64,000 nucleotides of DNA from Anaerolineae bacterium (GTDB taxonomy: Bacteria > Chloroflexota > Anaerolineae > Aggregatilineales > Phototrophicaceae): contig JAYRZU010000112.1 in the NCBI GenBank assembly GCA_041916315.1, forward strand, positions 67,612-131,611, in the 5' to 3' direction. Positions 35,881-47,313 of this stretch are shown here, one piece after another; the stretch's first letter is position 1; every line of letters starts with the position of its first letter. Below the pieces are notes generated by a model. That model was not told where the DNA came from, did not search any database, and saw only the letters and a program-made list of their open reading frames with translations. The position numbers and the translations under genes are program-made.

Positions 35881-38208
35881 TTATTTGAGCGGTGCGCGCG
35901 GCGGCGTATCCGTCGCCGGGTAGTACAGCAGCACGTATTCGCGATGCGCGGGCATGGCAGCCGTCAGACTGAACTGCGGCGCGGAAATTCCCGGCAGATA
36001 GCGCATCAGCAGGCGCATGGTGTCCTGATCATCCGCTTCGACGAAGAAGGCGTAATTCAGCCCCGGCTGCAGCGACATCAGGTAGCGCGGGTTGATCTGG
36101 TCGGGGCGGAAGCTCAGCAGCGGCGGGTGCGTCTCGATGATGTCGGCGTCATGGCGGAAATAACCGAGCAAGGCGCGCGGCACGCCCGTATCGTGCACGG
36201 GACGCCCTACAATGATGCTCTGCGTGTTGGATGGGAACTCCACCGCGCGCAGCGCCACATCGACGCCGTCGCGATACGGCTTGAAATCGCGGATCTGCAC
36301 ATTGAATTCGGCCAGATGCGGCCCGTAGTAGTAATCGACCTGCGCGACCGCGAAGAATCCGACCAGCACCACGGGAAGCGCATAGCGCAGGCGGCGTTCG
36401 GGCGGGCGTTCGTCTTCGGGAAATGCCTCGGCACGCCGCGGCCAGATGAACGGAATCAGATAGCGAATCCCGGCGACGATTGCGATCGCCATGGCAGGCA
36501 TGACGAGCACATAGCGCACGGAAACCATGTTATCGCGCAGCAGGCCATTGCCTAACCCAGTGGCGACCAGCCACAGCGGAATCAGAAAGATGGGCGATGG
36601 CATACGCCAGAACAGGTAGAACGCGCCAAACAGGAAGAACGGGATCAGGTAATCGACGATCAAGGCTTGTGAACCGCCATAGTAGGCGCTCAGATCACGA
36701 TGCGCCACCCACGAGGCGAACGGGCGCGTAAACTGGATCGACAGCGTATGAAAGTCTTCCCAGTCGAAACCGTCGTTGAACAAGTTATCCCAGTATTCAG
36801 GCGACAACCCGGAGTCATTCATACGCTCGCTCAACGCCTCGTTGTTGTTGAGGATGATGGCGTAGTACAGGCCGGTGACGAGCGCGCTGGTGATGAACAT
36901 GACGATGATGCCGCGCACAAACGGGCGCATTTTGCCCCGCTGCAGGATGAACAAACCGAACAGCCACGCGATCATCAGTGGGAAGAAGAGCAAGCGCCCG
37001 CCTTCGTAGAAGTACTGCGTTAAGCCGAGCCCGATGCCCGCCAGCGCCCAATCGATGCGGCGGTTGTAGCGCAGGGCGCGCGCCGCGAACAGCAGCGCCA
37101 TCATGCCCGCCGCCGGGTCGGCGATGTGCAGCAGCGCGGCGCGGCTGTAATGAATGAACGGCGCGAAGCCCGCCAGCATCAGCGCGCACAACAGCGCCGT
37201 CTTGCGGTCATCGAGCAGGGCGCGCGCCAGGCCGTAGGTCAGCACGATCACGAGCAGACCCCAGACCACACTGGGCGCGCGCACCCCGGCGAACGTCCAG
37301 CCAGTGAACGGGATCGCCAGATATTCGGTATAAGCATACAGCCACGTGAACGGCGCTTGCCCGCTCATCGAAGTGAGCATTGGCAGATCCGGCACCCAGA
37401 AGATGCGCTGCACGCCGTCGGTGAAGTGCAGCTCGTCGATGATGCTGCGGATGGTGTCGTTCAAACCGAAGGCGCGCACGAGGAACGCGAAGATCAGAAT
37501 GGCCAGCAGCGGCAGAACAGCGCGGCGGCTCCAGCGCGGCAGCCGCGGGAGGGGCATGCCGCCCATCCCCCAGCCCCATAAGGCGAGCGCGGCGATGAAC
37601 AGCGCGATCTGCACGTTTACGTTGACCGACTGCAGAAAAGGGATGCCGAAGCGCCGCATGTTGATTTCGGCGGTCGCGCCGAGCAGTACCACGCCGAGCA
37701 GCGCGGGAATCCACCAGAAGCGGTTCGCTTTCGAGAGCGGTTCGGTGGTGAGCGCGGGCAGCGCGGGCTGGAGCGTCGACAGCTTGACCGCCGCGCCCAA
37801 CAGCAGCGCCCCGACGATCATTTTGAGCGTGCCGTGATCGAGATAAGCTAAGCGGTTCTCAAAGTGAAAATCGAGCGTCGCGGCGATCATCAACGCGAAA
37901 GCGGTGAGGCCGAGAACGGAAGCCAATAGGTTGCGGCGGGCGAGCAGCCAGTGTGGAAGAGAAATTGCTTTCAAGAGCTTTCCTAGTTTGAACCGTGGTT
38001 GTAAAACGACCGCTGCCGAGGCGAAGAGGACGAGCACAAAACCGTAACCGGAGAGCGGCGGCGGGATGAGGATGAGCAGAGCGGCGATCAGCGCGACGAG
38101 GCCAGCAAACAGGCCAAAGCGAGCCCGGGGTGACTGCCACGCCGTCCGTTCGTCTTCAGTTGGGGTGTCCGTGCGTTGTTCGGGGTATTCGCCGTGAATT
38201 TCCGCCAT
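35881..38208 (-). CDS. GT-C glycosyltransferase (ArnT/PMT, family 39-like)
   Basis: Polytopic; DE motif after LVR (IIDE), R.PS..WG, HYSR, YFYEGGR. Confidence 0.8.
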   Translation of the reverse strand: MAEIHGEYPEQRTDTPTEDERTAWQSPRARFGLFAGLVALIAALLILIPPPLSGYGFVLVLFASAAVVLQPRFKLGKLLKAISLPHWLLARRNLLASVLGLTAFALMIAATLDFHFENRLAYLDHGTLKMIVGALLLGAAVKLSTLQPALPALTTEPLSKANRFWWIPALLGVVLLGATAEINMRRFGIPFLQSVNVNVQIALFIAALALWGWGMGGMPLPRLPRWSRRAVLPLLAILIFAFLVRAFGLNDTIRSIIDELHFTDGVQRIFWVPDLPMLTSMSGQAPFTWLYAYTEYLAIPFTGWTFAGVRAPSVVWGLLVIVLTYGLARALLDDRKTALLCALMLAGFAPFIHYSRAALLHIADPAAGMMALLFAARALRYNRRIDWALAGIGLGLTQYFYEGGRLLFFPLMIAWLFGLFILQRGKMRPFVRGIIVMFITSALVTGLYYAIILNNNEALSERMNDSGLSPEYWDNLFNDGFDWEDFHTLSIQFTRPFASWVAHRDLSAYYGGSQALIVDYLIPFFLFGAFYLFWRMPSPIFLIPLWLVATGLGNGLLRDNMVSVRYVLVMPAMAIAIVAGIRYLIPFIWPRRAEAFPEDERPPERRLRYALPVVLVGFFAVAQVDYYYGPHLAEFNVQIRDFKPYRDGVDVALRAVEFPSNTQSIIVGRPVHDTGVPRALLGYFRHDADIIETHPPLLSFRPDQINPRYLMSLQPGLNYAFFVEADDQDTMRLLMRYLPGISAPQFSLTAAMPAHREYVLLYYPATDTPPRAPLK

Positions 38209-38394
38209 GCCACGACAGATCCTGCGTCATCCGGTTCCGTTCCCTAGTGTAAACGATCTTTGGTTGGTTGCGGCGGGAGTTTTTGTCAGCAAATTCACAC
38301 GATTCATTGGAACTGCGCAACCCCGAGTGTCGTATTATGATGGAGTCACTGCGGCAACCGACGTTTCACGACCTTGTGAAAGAGGATAAAGCTG

Positions 38395-40080
38395 ATGAAG
38401 AAACTATTCTTTTTGACCGTAATGGCGCTGCTTTTAGGCGCGTTTGCCCTGCCCGCTGCCGCCGTTCCGGTCACGGATTTGACCGCGCTCGCGGGCTATT
38501 TCCCGGAAGGCAGCGTCGCCTATGCCAGCGTCCGCACCGACGACGACTTTGTCGGCACGCTGGATGGTCTGCTCCAGCGCGTGTCGGAAATCGGGGGACT
38601 CTCCCTCACCAGTTCCCTTGATACCGTGGCGAGCGGGATCAAGACCGGGGCGACGTTTCAGGATTTATTCCGGCCGTGGCTGGGAGATACCGCCGCGTTC
38701 GGTCTGCTCCCGCTGACGACGATGGATGAGTTCCGCAACCCCGTCGCGCTGATCGCGATCAGCCTCACCGATCGCGAAGCCGCCGAAGCCTTCTTCCAGA
38801 GCGTCACGCGCCCGCGCGACTACGTGCAGACGCAGGGCGATGGCTTCACCACCTATGAGAGCACGCGCGATAACACACACCTCGCCTTCCGCGACGACGT
38901 GCTGCTGATCGCCAGCAGCTTTGCCGCCATCGCTGAAGGCGGCGCGGTCAGCGCGTCCCTGAGCGTCGCCGAACCGTTCACCACAGCCATCGGCCAACTG
39001 CCCGGCGCTGATTACAACGCGGTGATCTACATCGACTCGCCGAGCATCCTCAACTTCACGCAGTCGCAGCTTGAGAATGTCGGCCCTTCCGAGATCGCGA
39101 TTCTGCAAGCGCTCGATGACATCTCACCGCAGGTGTTCGGCTTCACCATTGTGGATGGCAATTCGCTCACCATTGACGCCGTGACGGCGGCCACCGGCGC
39201 CGCGTTGAACGTCACGGGCGGCATGACTACACCGCTCGATCTCGGCATCGTCAGCCGCCTCCCGGCGGGGACGCCGCTCGTCATCCTCGGCACGAACTTC
39301 GCCGATTCGTACAGCGCGACGCTGGCGCAGCTTGAACCGCTGTTGGCCATGCAGGGCTCGGATGTGGATATGGCGCAGTTCGAAACCGGGCTGTGGCTGA
39401 TCGAGCTGTTCGTGCGCGGCCTGACCGGGCTGGACTTGCAGCGCGAGCTTCTGCCCGCGCTCAACGGGACGTATGCGATCTACGCGGGCGTTAACCCGGC
39501 GGCAGAAGGCGCGGACACCGCTTTTGACCTCGTCTCACCCGAACTGCTGCTCGACTTCGCGCTGACGTTTAGTGTTACCGACACGGCGACCGCCGCGCAG
39601 CTCCGCGACAACCTCAACACCATCCTCGGCGACCTGCCGACCGAGCGCATCGACAACCTCGACATCGCGTTCGAGGATAACAACGGTACGCCCGTGATCG
39701 TCTTCAGCATGGAAACCGATCCTTTCAGCGGCGATCACATTGAACTACTGCTCGCCGTGACCGATGAGGTGTTCACGGTCGGCACGCGCCGCTATGTCGA
39801 AGCTGCGCTTAACCCCGGCGTGGGGCTGGATCAAGATCCGCACTGGCAAGCCGCCGCGCAGTATTTCGTGGCGGACAGCTACAGCCTGCTCTACCAGTCG
39901 AGCGCCAATCTCGCGCCGCTGGTCGGCATTTTCGCGCGCACCGGTTCCAGCGACGCCCGTGACATCAGTCAGGTGCTCGGCCTCGTGACCGGGCTGGTCG
40001 ACAACAGCTCGATCAGCTATGGGCGCCTGGGCGAGACCGGCGTGCAGATGCGCGCCGTCCTCACGCTGGCGGGCGAATAG
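38395..40080 (+). CDS. secreted DUF3352-like protein
   Basis: Signal peptide; A.YFP, F..WLGD.AAFG, D...AE.F pattern in repeated halves. Confidence 0.6.
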   Translation: MKKLFFLTVMALLLGAFALPAAAVPVTDLTALAGYFPEGSVAYASVRTDDDFVGTLDGLLQRVSEIGGLSLTSSLDTVASGIKTGATFQDLFRPWLGDTAAFGLLPLTTMDEFRNPVALIAISLTDREAAEAFFQSVTRPRDYVQTQGDGFTTYESTRDNTHLAFRDDVLLIASSFAAIAEGGAVSASLSVAEPFTTAIGQLPGADYNAVIYIDSPSILNFTQSQLENVGPSEIAILQALDDISPQVFGFTIVDGNSLTIDAVTAATGAALNVTGGMTTPLDLGIVSRLPAGTPLVILGTNFADSYSATLAQLEPLLAMQGSDVDMAQFETGLWLIELFVRGLTGLDLQRELLPALNGTYAIYAGVNPAAEGADTAFDLVSPELLLDFALTFSVTDTATAAQLRDNLNTILGDLPTERIDNLDIAFEDNNGTPVIVFSMETDPFSGDHIELLLAVTDEVFTVGTRRYVEAALNPGVGLDQDPHWQAAAQYFVADSYSLLYQSSANLAPLVGIFARTGSSDARDISQVLGLVTGLVDNSSISYGRLGETGVQMRAVLTLAGE

Positions 40081-40092
40081 TCCCAAGCACCT

Positions 40093-40262
40093 AACCTCAC
40101 CCCCGGCCCCTCTCCTAGAGGAGAGGGGAGACAAACAGTGTTCTTAAGTCCCCTCTCCCTTGGGAGTGGGGATTTAGGGGTGAGGTTAAACAAAACGCCG
40201 ATTCAGAAATCGCCTCATGCCACCTCCCTACAATTGATTAACCTACCCCGGTCGGGGGTGAG
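40093..40262. repeat. CCCC/GGGG core with MITE right end and half REP
   Basis: Close to 25690-25826: ...gattcagaaatcgcctc|atgccacctccctac. Confidence 0.7.
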
Positions 40263-40380
40263 GTGAGAAACGGACACCCCAAGCATTCAGGTAAATTCCG
40301 TCACGCAGATTCAAAGTTGCGGTAAAATACGGGGAGGCGAAGCATGGTGCTGCGCCTCTTTTGCCGTTTCGGGGATAACG

Positions 40381-41250
40381 TTGAGCATTCGCAAGACACA
40401 ACGCAGAATTTTGATGGCGTTCATCGGGGTGCATTTTGCGCTGGCGGCGGTCGTCAACCTGGTGTTTTTCGCCGGGAATGCCTTTAGCCCGCTGGCGTCG
40501 GCGACCGGCGGCCTGCTGACCGGATCGCTGCTGGTCAATGTGGTCTTCATCGGCCTGCTCGTCGGTTGGATGATTCTACAACGTGGGCGGCTGCGACCTT
40601 ACGACGTCGGCCTGATCCCGTCGCATATCCCGATGGGCATCATCTACACCTTTGGCTTCTGGGGCATGGCGCAGATCGTGCATCTGGTCTTCAGCCTGCT
40701 GACCTACGGCGCGGTCACGCTCAACCCGGAATGGGTGAGCAACGCCAACATGATGATCGGCCTGATCCTCGCCCAGGTGATCGGCAACGCGCTGTTCGAA
40801 GAGATCGCGTATCGCGGCTTTTTGTTCCCGCAGATCTACCTGCATCTCGACGGCTGGCGGCATCGCCCGTGGTGGCGTTTGGGCGCGGCGATTCTGATCT
40901 CGCAGGGGTTGTTCGCGCTCTCGCATATCCCGAATCGCCTGTATCTCGGCATGTCGCTCGACCAGATCGCGCCGGATTTGCTGCTCCTGCTCGGCTGGGG
41001 CTTCCTTTACACCATCATCTACCTCCGCACCGATAACCTGTTTCTGGTGGTCGGCGTGCATGCGCTGGGCAACGCGCCCTCGACGCTGTTCGCGACCGCA
41101 CCAGTCTTTGCGGGCGGCGGTGCGTCGCTGTTCATGTACGCGCTGGTCGTCCTGCTGTTGTTCGGCGTGCCCATGCTCCGCGCCTACGGGCAGCGCTTCC
41201 GATTGGGCTTAGATTACGGCACACAAGAAGGAAGAAGAGAATATGTATAA
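40381..41250 (+). CDS. CPBP family intramembrane glutamic endopeptidase
   Basis: EEIAYRG, FALSH, VHALGN motifs. Confidence 0.9.
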   Translation: MSIRKTQRRILMAFIGVHFALAAVVNLVFFAGNAFSPLASATGGLLTGSLLVNVVFIGLLVGWMILQRGRLRPYDVGLIPSHIPMGIIYTFGFWGMAQIVHLVFSLLTYGAVTLNPEWVSNANMMIGLILAQVIGNALFEEIAYRGFLFPQIYLHLDGWRHRPWWRLGAAILISQGLFALSHIPNRLYLGMSLDQIAPDLLLLLGWGFLYTIIYLRTDNLFLVVGVHALGNAPSTLFATAPVFAGGGASLFMYALVVLLLFGVPMLRAYGQRFRLGLDYGTQEGRREYV

Positions 41251-42448
41251 ACGCGGAAAAGACGAGGACGACGGCCTCGATTCCCTGCGCAGCGACTTTG
41301 GCGGCGAGGAGGAACTTGGCGACGAACGCGGTTTTCTCGACGATGTCGCGCCCGACGAGGACGCCGACGAGGACAAGCCGCGCGAGAAGCGCTCGTCCGG
41401 CGTGCCGGGGAATGTCAGCTTCATCGGCGGCATTTTCCGCGTGATCGGCATCGCGCTGGTTTCCGTGCTGATCTTCCTGTTCATCGGCGTGGGCATCACC
41501 TTTGGCCTGAGCGCGGCGGGCATTGTCAAGATCATCGACTTTTCACGCGCCAGCGTCCCCGTGATCAGCCTGCTGCCGACGAGCGTGCCGCCTACCGATG
41601 CCCCAGTCGTGGTGCCGACGCAGCCGCCGCCGACGGACGCCGCCGCTGCCGCGCCGACCACCGACACCGCGGGAGGTCAGCCGGTTCCCGTCCCCACGGC
41701 GACGCCCGAAAATGTCACGGTGATCCCGCCGACTCCGGTCACCGCGTGCACGGAAATGGCCGACTGGTGGGAAGATCAATCCGCCATCTATGCGACGTAC
41801 GCTGCGCTGTCGGTCGAACAGCCGCCGCAAACCCTGTTGGCGACGCTCCAGCAGATGCGCGTCCGCCGCGATGCCGCGCAAGCCGCCGTGCTCGTGCCCT
41901 GCGTTGATCCGGTGCGGACAGCTTTCGTCAGCGGTTACGACCTGCAGATTCGCGCCTTCGAAACGGTCAACGAGGGTAATCTCCAGGGGGCGCGCAGCCT
42001 CATGCTGATGGCTGGCGAGGCGTATGCGCAAGCGCATGCCGGGCTGTGGCGCGCGGGGATCGCGACGGATGGCTCACCGCTCGCTAGCGGCATCGGCGCG
42101 GACAGCGGCACATCGTGCGGCGCGGAGGCGTGGTATCAAGCGGCCAAGGCGCAGCGCGATACACTGCTCGATGCTTACCTCGCCGTCAACCCGGAGACGA
42201 TGCCGCCGCCGCAGATTCGCCAGAATCAGGACACGATGGCCGCCGCCGCGAGCAATGTTGCCACGCTGCAGACACCCGCGTGCGCGTCGACGCCGTCCAA
42301 CCTGCTGATCAACTACATGCAGGACTTGATCAACGCGCTGCAAATGCAGCTCGGCAACAATCCCGCCGAAACCGAGCGCTTGATCAGCGCATACAACAAT
42401 CGCCTGCTGCTCAACGCGTGGCTGCATTATCTGGGGCTGAACCCGTAA
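41243..42448 (+). CDS. single-pass membrane protein with acidic N-terminus, Pro/Thr linker and duplicated Cys-containing domain
   Basis: Composition and the internal repeat C...WW/WY...PC/PAC. Confidence 0.7.
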   Translation: MYKRGKDEDDGLDSLRSDFGGEEELGDERGFLDDVAPDEDADEDKPREKRSSGVPGNVSFIGGIFRVIGIALVSVLIFLFIGVGITFGLSAAGIVKIIDFSRASVPVISLLPTSVPPTDAPVVVPTQPPPTDAAAAAPTTDTAGGQPVPVPTATPENVTVIPPTPVTACTEMADWWEDQSAIYATYAALSVEQPPQTLLATLQQMRVRRDAAQAAVLVPCVDPVRTAFVSGYDLQIRAFETVNEGNLQGARSLMLMAGEAYAQAHAGLWRAGIATDGSPLASGIGADSGTSCGAEAWYQAAKAQRDTLLDAYLAVNPETMPPPQIRQNQDTMAAAASNVATLQTPACASTPSNLLINYMQDLINALQMQLGNNPAETERLISAYNNRLLLNAWLHYLGLNP

Positions 42449-42458
42449 CGCGACGCCG

Positions 42459-42612
42459 TGTAGGGACGAGGCATGCCTCGTCCTCCCAGAGCGTACAATG
42501 CGGGCGCTCTCTTCCTTGAATTCGGGGAGGGGCACTTTTAAAAATCGAGCCAGTGTAGGGACGCGCTGCTGCACGTCCGTGGTCAGCGGACGGCCAGAAG
42601 ACCGTCCCTACA
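42459..42612. repeat. REP cluster
   Basis: gtagggacgaggcatgcctcgtcc; gtagggacgcgctgctgcacgtcc; cggacggccagaagaccgtccctac. Confidence 0.8.
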
Positions 42613-42746
42613 GTAGGTTGTTTTAGGGAAGATGCCCTCGAAATGTTGAAATTCTCCAGTCGTGAAAGACGGGATCGAGGGTGAGGTTGGCTGCCTTTCC
42701 CAACTGCTCCGCCGCATCCTGAAGAATAATCTACTCCGGAGTCCCG

Positions 42747-44459
42747 ATGGCGCACGTGTTCATCTCGTATCACAAAGACAGCAGCCGCGCCTACGCGCGC
42801 CAGCTCGCCGATCACCTGATCGCGCGCGGCTTCGACGTGTGGATCGACGACCGCATCGACTTTGGGTCGGAATGGGAGCGCGCGATCTTCGAGGACGGAT
42901 TGGATCGCGCGGCGGCAGTCCTCGTCATCATGACGAAGGGGGCTTGGGAGAGCCGCTGGGTGCGGCGCGAACGCGAATACGCCGAATTCAAGCGTCTGCC
43001 GATCATCCCGCTGCGCGCCGAAGACTACATCTTCCCGCCGTACCTCGCGACGCAGTTCGTCGATGTGCGCGGATGGGTGCTGCCGCCCGACACCTTCCTC
43101 GAAGCGCTGGAAGAAGTCGGTGTGACCCGGCGCGCCGACCGTGGCGCGGACGTGGCGAAAGCGGTGCAGGTCGCGCAGGGCTCCGCGCCGACGATTGAGC
43201 GCATTCCGGTCGTGACGCCGACCAGCACACCGTCCGTTTCCTCCCCGCCACCTATTGTCAGCCAGCGTCGCTCGCGCAGTCTGCTGCCGTTCGGCGCGGC
43301 GATCCTGGTGATCGTCATTGTCGCTGCCCTGTTAGTTCCGTCGCTGCTGCCCCAGCCAGAACAAGTCGTGTCGACGCAAACACCCTCGCTGACGCACACC
43401 AGCCCGGTCATCGTCGATGCGGCGACTGCCACGCCGACCGACAGCCCATCACCTGAGCCGACCCTCGCGCCGACCGACACCGAGCCGCCGAATCCCGAAA
43501 CCGAAGTTTGGCTCGATGTGACGCGCACGGCATCTGCGTGGACACCGCGACCAACGGGCACGTTCACGCCAACCGGCACGGCGACCGCCACCCGCGACGC
43601 TACCCAGACCTATGAACGCCTGCGCCAGAATCGCGATGCGACGCTCACCGCGCAAGCGCCTACGCCCAACGGCGGCGGACGGGGCGAAATCGCCTTTGTG
43701 TCGAATCGCGATGGGGATTACGACCTCTATGTGACGAATCTGGATGGCACGAACGTGCGCCAGCTCACGGACGAGGACGGGGTCGATGATTATCCGGCTT
43801 GGTCGCCGGACGGAGAGCAAATTGCCTTTGCCGCTTATCGTGCGGACAATTGGGAAATCTACGTCATGGATGCCGCTGGGGAGAATCAGCGCCAGCTCAC
43901 CATCAATCAGGCGGATGATTACGCGCCCGCGTGGTTAACTCAGGATCGACGCCTCGGTTTCACCTCCAATCGCGACGGGGACGACGAGATCTACACGGTT
44001 GGCGTGGATGGGACGAACCTCCAGCAGTTGACCTTTGACACTGCGCTTAATTCATCCGCGCAGTGGTCGCCGGATGGCCGCAGAATTCTTTACCTCTCCG
44101 ATGACGGGATCGCCATCATGAACTCGGACGGTACTGGCGCGTACCAACTGACGATGGAAGGTTCATTGGATTACAGCGCCTCGTGGTCTCCCGACGGCCA
44201 GCAGATTCTCTTCACACGAGGTTTTTTTGCGGATGCCGAGATCTATGTCATGCGGGCAGATGGGACGGGGCTGCAAAACCTGACCAACCGCGAAGGGGAA
44301 GATTATCAGGCGGCGTGGTCACCCGATGGCAGTCACATCGTCTTTAGCTCGGATCGCGACGGCGATCGCGACCTTTACAGCATGCATGCTGATGGGTCGA
44401 ACGTGCGTCAGATCACGGACGACGATGCGGACGATATGGCCCCCGATTGGCGTCCGTGA
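42747..44459 (+). CDS. TIR domain - TM - Pro/Thr linker - TolB-like PD40 beta-propeller protein
   Basis: VFISY, VWID, SRWVRRE (TIR); TM at about aa 180-200; repeated P.WSPDG and F.S.RDGD.D/E. Confidence 0.88.
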   Translation: MAHVFISYHKDSSRAYARQLADHLIARGFDVWIDDRIDFGSEWERAIFEDGLDRAAAVLVIMTKGAWESRWVRREREYAEFKRLPIIPLRAEDYIFPPYLATQFVDVRGWVLPPDTFLEALEEVGVTRRADRGADVAKAVQVAQGSAPTIERIPVVTPTSTPSVSSPPPIVSQRRSRSLLPFGAAILVIVIVAALLVPSLLPQPEQVVSTQTPSLTHTSPVIVDAATATPTDSPSPEPTLAPTDTEPPNPETEVWLDVTRTASAWTPRPTGTFTPTGTATATRDATQTYERLRQNRDATLTAQAPTPNGGGRGEIAFVSNRDGDYDLYVTNLDGTNVRQLTDEDGVDDYPAWSPDGEQIAFAAYRADNWEIYVMDAAGENQRQLTINQADDYAPAWLTQDRRLGFTSNRDGDDEIYTVGVDGTNLQQLTFDTALNSSAQWSPDGRRILYLSDDGIAIMNSDGTGAYQLTMEGSLDYSASWSPDGQQILFTRGFFADAEIYVMRADGTGLQNLTNREGEDYQAAWSPDGSHIVFSSDRDGDRDLYSMHADGSNVRQITDDDADDMAPDWRP

Positions 44460-44508
44460 TTGAGACGGTGTTTTAAACGCGCACACTTATCTTGGGGAAA
44501 GCAGTATT

Positions 44509-44581
44509 GTAGGGACAAGGCATGCCTTGTCCTCTGTATTCCTCTCTAAAAAATCAGGACGAGGCATGCCTCGTCCCTACA
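44509..44581. repeat. inverted REP pair
   Basis: gtagggacaaggcatgccttgtcc ... ggacgaggcatgcctcgtccctac. Confidence 0.85.
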
Positions 44582-44616
44582 GATGATCCGCTTGATCGTA
44601 TCTGCTAACCGCGGCG

Positions 44617-45465
44617 TTACGCGGTCGTCGGCGTGAATGGTGCGGGGATGGTGTTGGCCTGCGCTTTCGCCGAGCGGTCGATGAGCCACGGCATCACCGT
44701 GAGCGCGAACAACCAGTACGCCGCATAGCCGATCACGTCGACGAGCGAGGGCGTGCTGTTGTAGCCAAAGAGCGTCTTCAACAGACTGCCCAGCGGCGAT
44801 TCGATCGCGAGCAGCCCGTTGGTGTCCCACATCTGCTCGATGACCGTGGGCAGCAGCCCCGCCTCTTGAAACTCGTGCAGCGCGCTGGCGAACATCCCCG
44901 CCGCGAACAACAGCAGCAGCACGCTCGTCACGCTGAAGAAGTGGCGCAGATTCAGCCGAATGCTCGACGCATAGACCAGCGCACCGATCAACGCGGCGAT
45001 CCCTAAACCGATCAGCGACCCGACGAGGGTTTCCTGCCCGTTGACCGTGAACGCGGTCGCCGCCAGCAGCAGCGCCATCTCGACGCCTTCGCGCACGACC
45101 GCAAAGAACGTCACGCTGAACAGCCCGCGCGGGCTGGTGCGTACGGCGGCGAGTTCGCTTTCCAGACTACCTTTCAGCGTGCGCGCCTGCGAGCGCATCC
45201 AGAAGATCATCCACGTCAGCACGGCCACGGCGATCAGCATCATCACGCCTTCGAAGATTTCCTCGGCTCGGCCTTCCAACTCCGCGCCCACCGCCTGAAT
45301 GCCCAGCGCCACCAGCACGCTCACGGCGATGGCGGCCGCAACCCCCGCCCAGGCATAACGTTGATAGCGCATCTGGTTGGTCTTGCGGAGGTAGCTCAAC
45401 ACGATGCCGACAATCAGCGAGGCTTCGAGACCTTCGCGCAGCGCAATCAAAAGAGGTGCGATCAC
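44617..45465 (-). CDS. FTR1/EfeU family iron permease
   Basis: Two RExxE motifs (REGLE, REGVE), HEFQEAG. Confidence 0.92.
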   Translation of the reverse strand: MIAPLLIALREGLEASLIVGIVLSYLRKTNQMRYQRYAWAGVAAAIAVSVLVALGIQAVGAELEGRAEEIFEGVMMLIAVAVLTWMIFWMRSQARTLKGSLESELAAVRTSPRGLFSVTFFAVVREGVEMALLLAATAFTVNGQETLVGSLIGLGIAALIGALVYASSIRLNLRHFFSVTSVLLLLFAAGMFASALHEFQEAGLLPTVIEQMWDTNGLLAIESPLGSLLKTLFGYNSTPSLVDVIGYAAYWLFALTVMPWLIDRSAKAQANTIPAPFTPTTA

Positions 45466-45753
45466 TATCCTGTACTCCGCTCAAATTTGGATTAAAGAAG
45501 GGTGTGCTTGCAGCACTGCTGTGCATTGTACGGGGTGTGCCGGGCAGAATCTACGAACCGTGTTAATCCTAGGTGTATGCGCGGAATTGATCGGATGTTA
45601 AGGCGACCCAAATCACGGACTAGCCTGTGATTAACCGCAATTTGCAGTGGGTTAAATTTTTAGTCGGGGGTGATCCGAGGGAACTTAAAACTCAGGCTAT
45701 CTCCCTTCTCCGCCGGAGCTGAGGGGGCGACAGTTCAATCCGAGACACTAGAA

Positions 45754-45808
45754 TGTAGGGGAGGGGCTTGCCCCTCCCGTGAGCGGGCGAGGCAAGCCTC
45801 GCCCCTAC
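45754..45808. repeat. inverted REP pair
   Basis: gtaggggaggggcttgcccctccc ... gggcgaggcaagcctcgcccctac. Confidence 0.8.
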
Positions 45809-45866
45809 AGATTCATCCTGAAATTCGAGTCTTGCCTCTCAGCTCGACCCGGACAAGGATTGGGGG

Positions 45867-47308
<1,442 letters not shown>

Positions 47309-47313
47309 AGAGT

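Noticed and set aside
45466-45700. Metal-regulator box or riboswitch upstream of FTR1
   Set aside because: Only a weak ttaaggcgacccaaa resemblance to DtxR-type boxes; no convincing motif.
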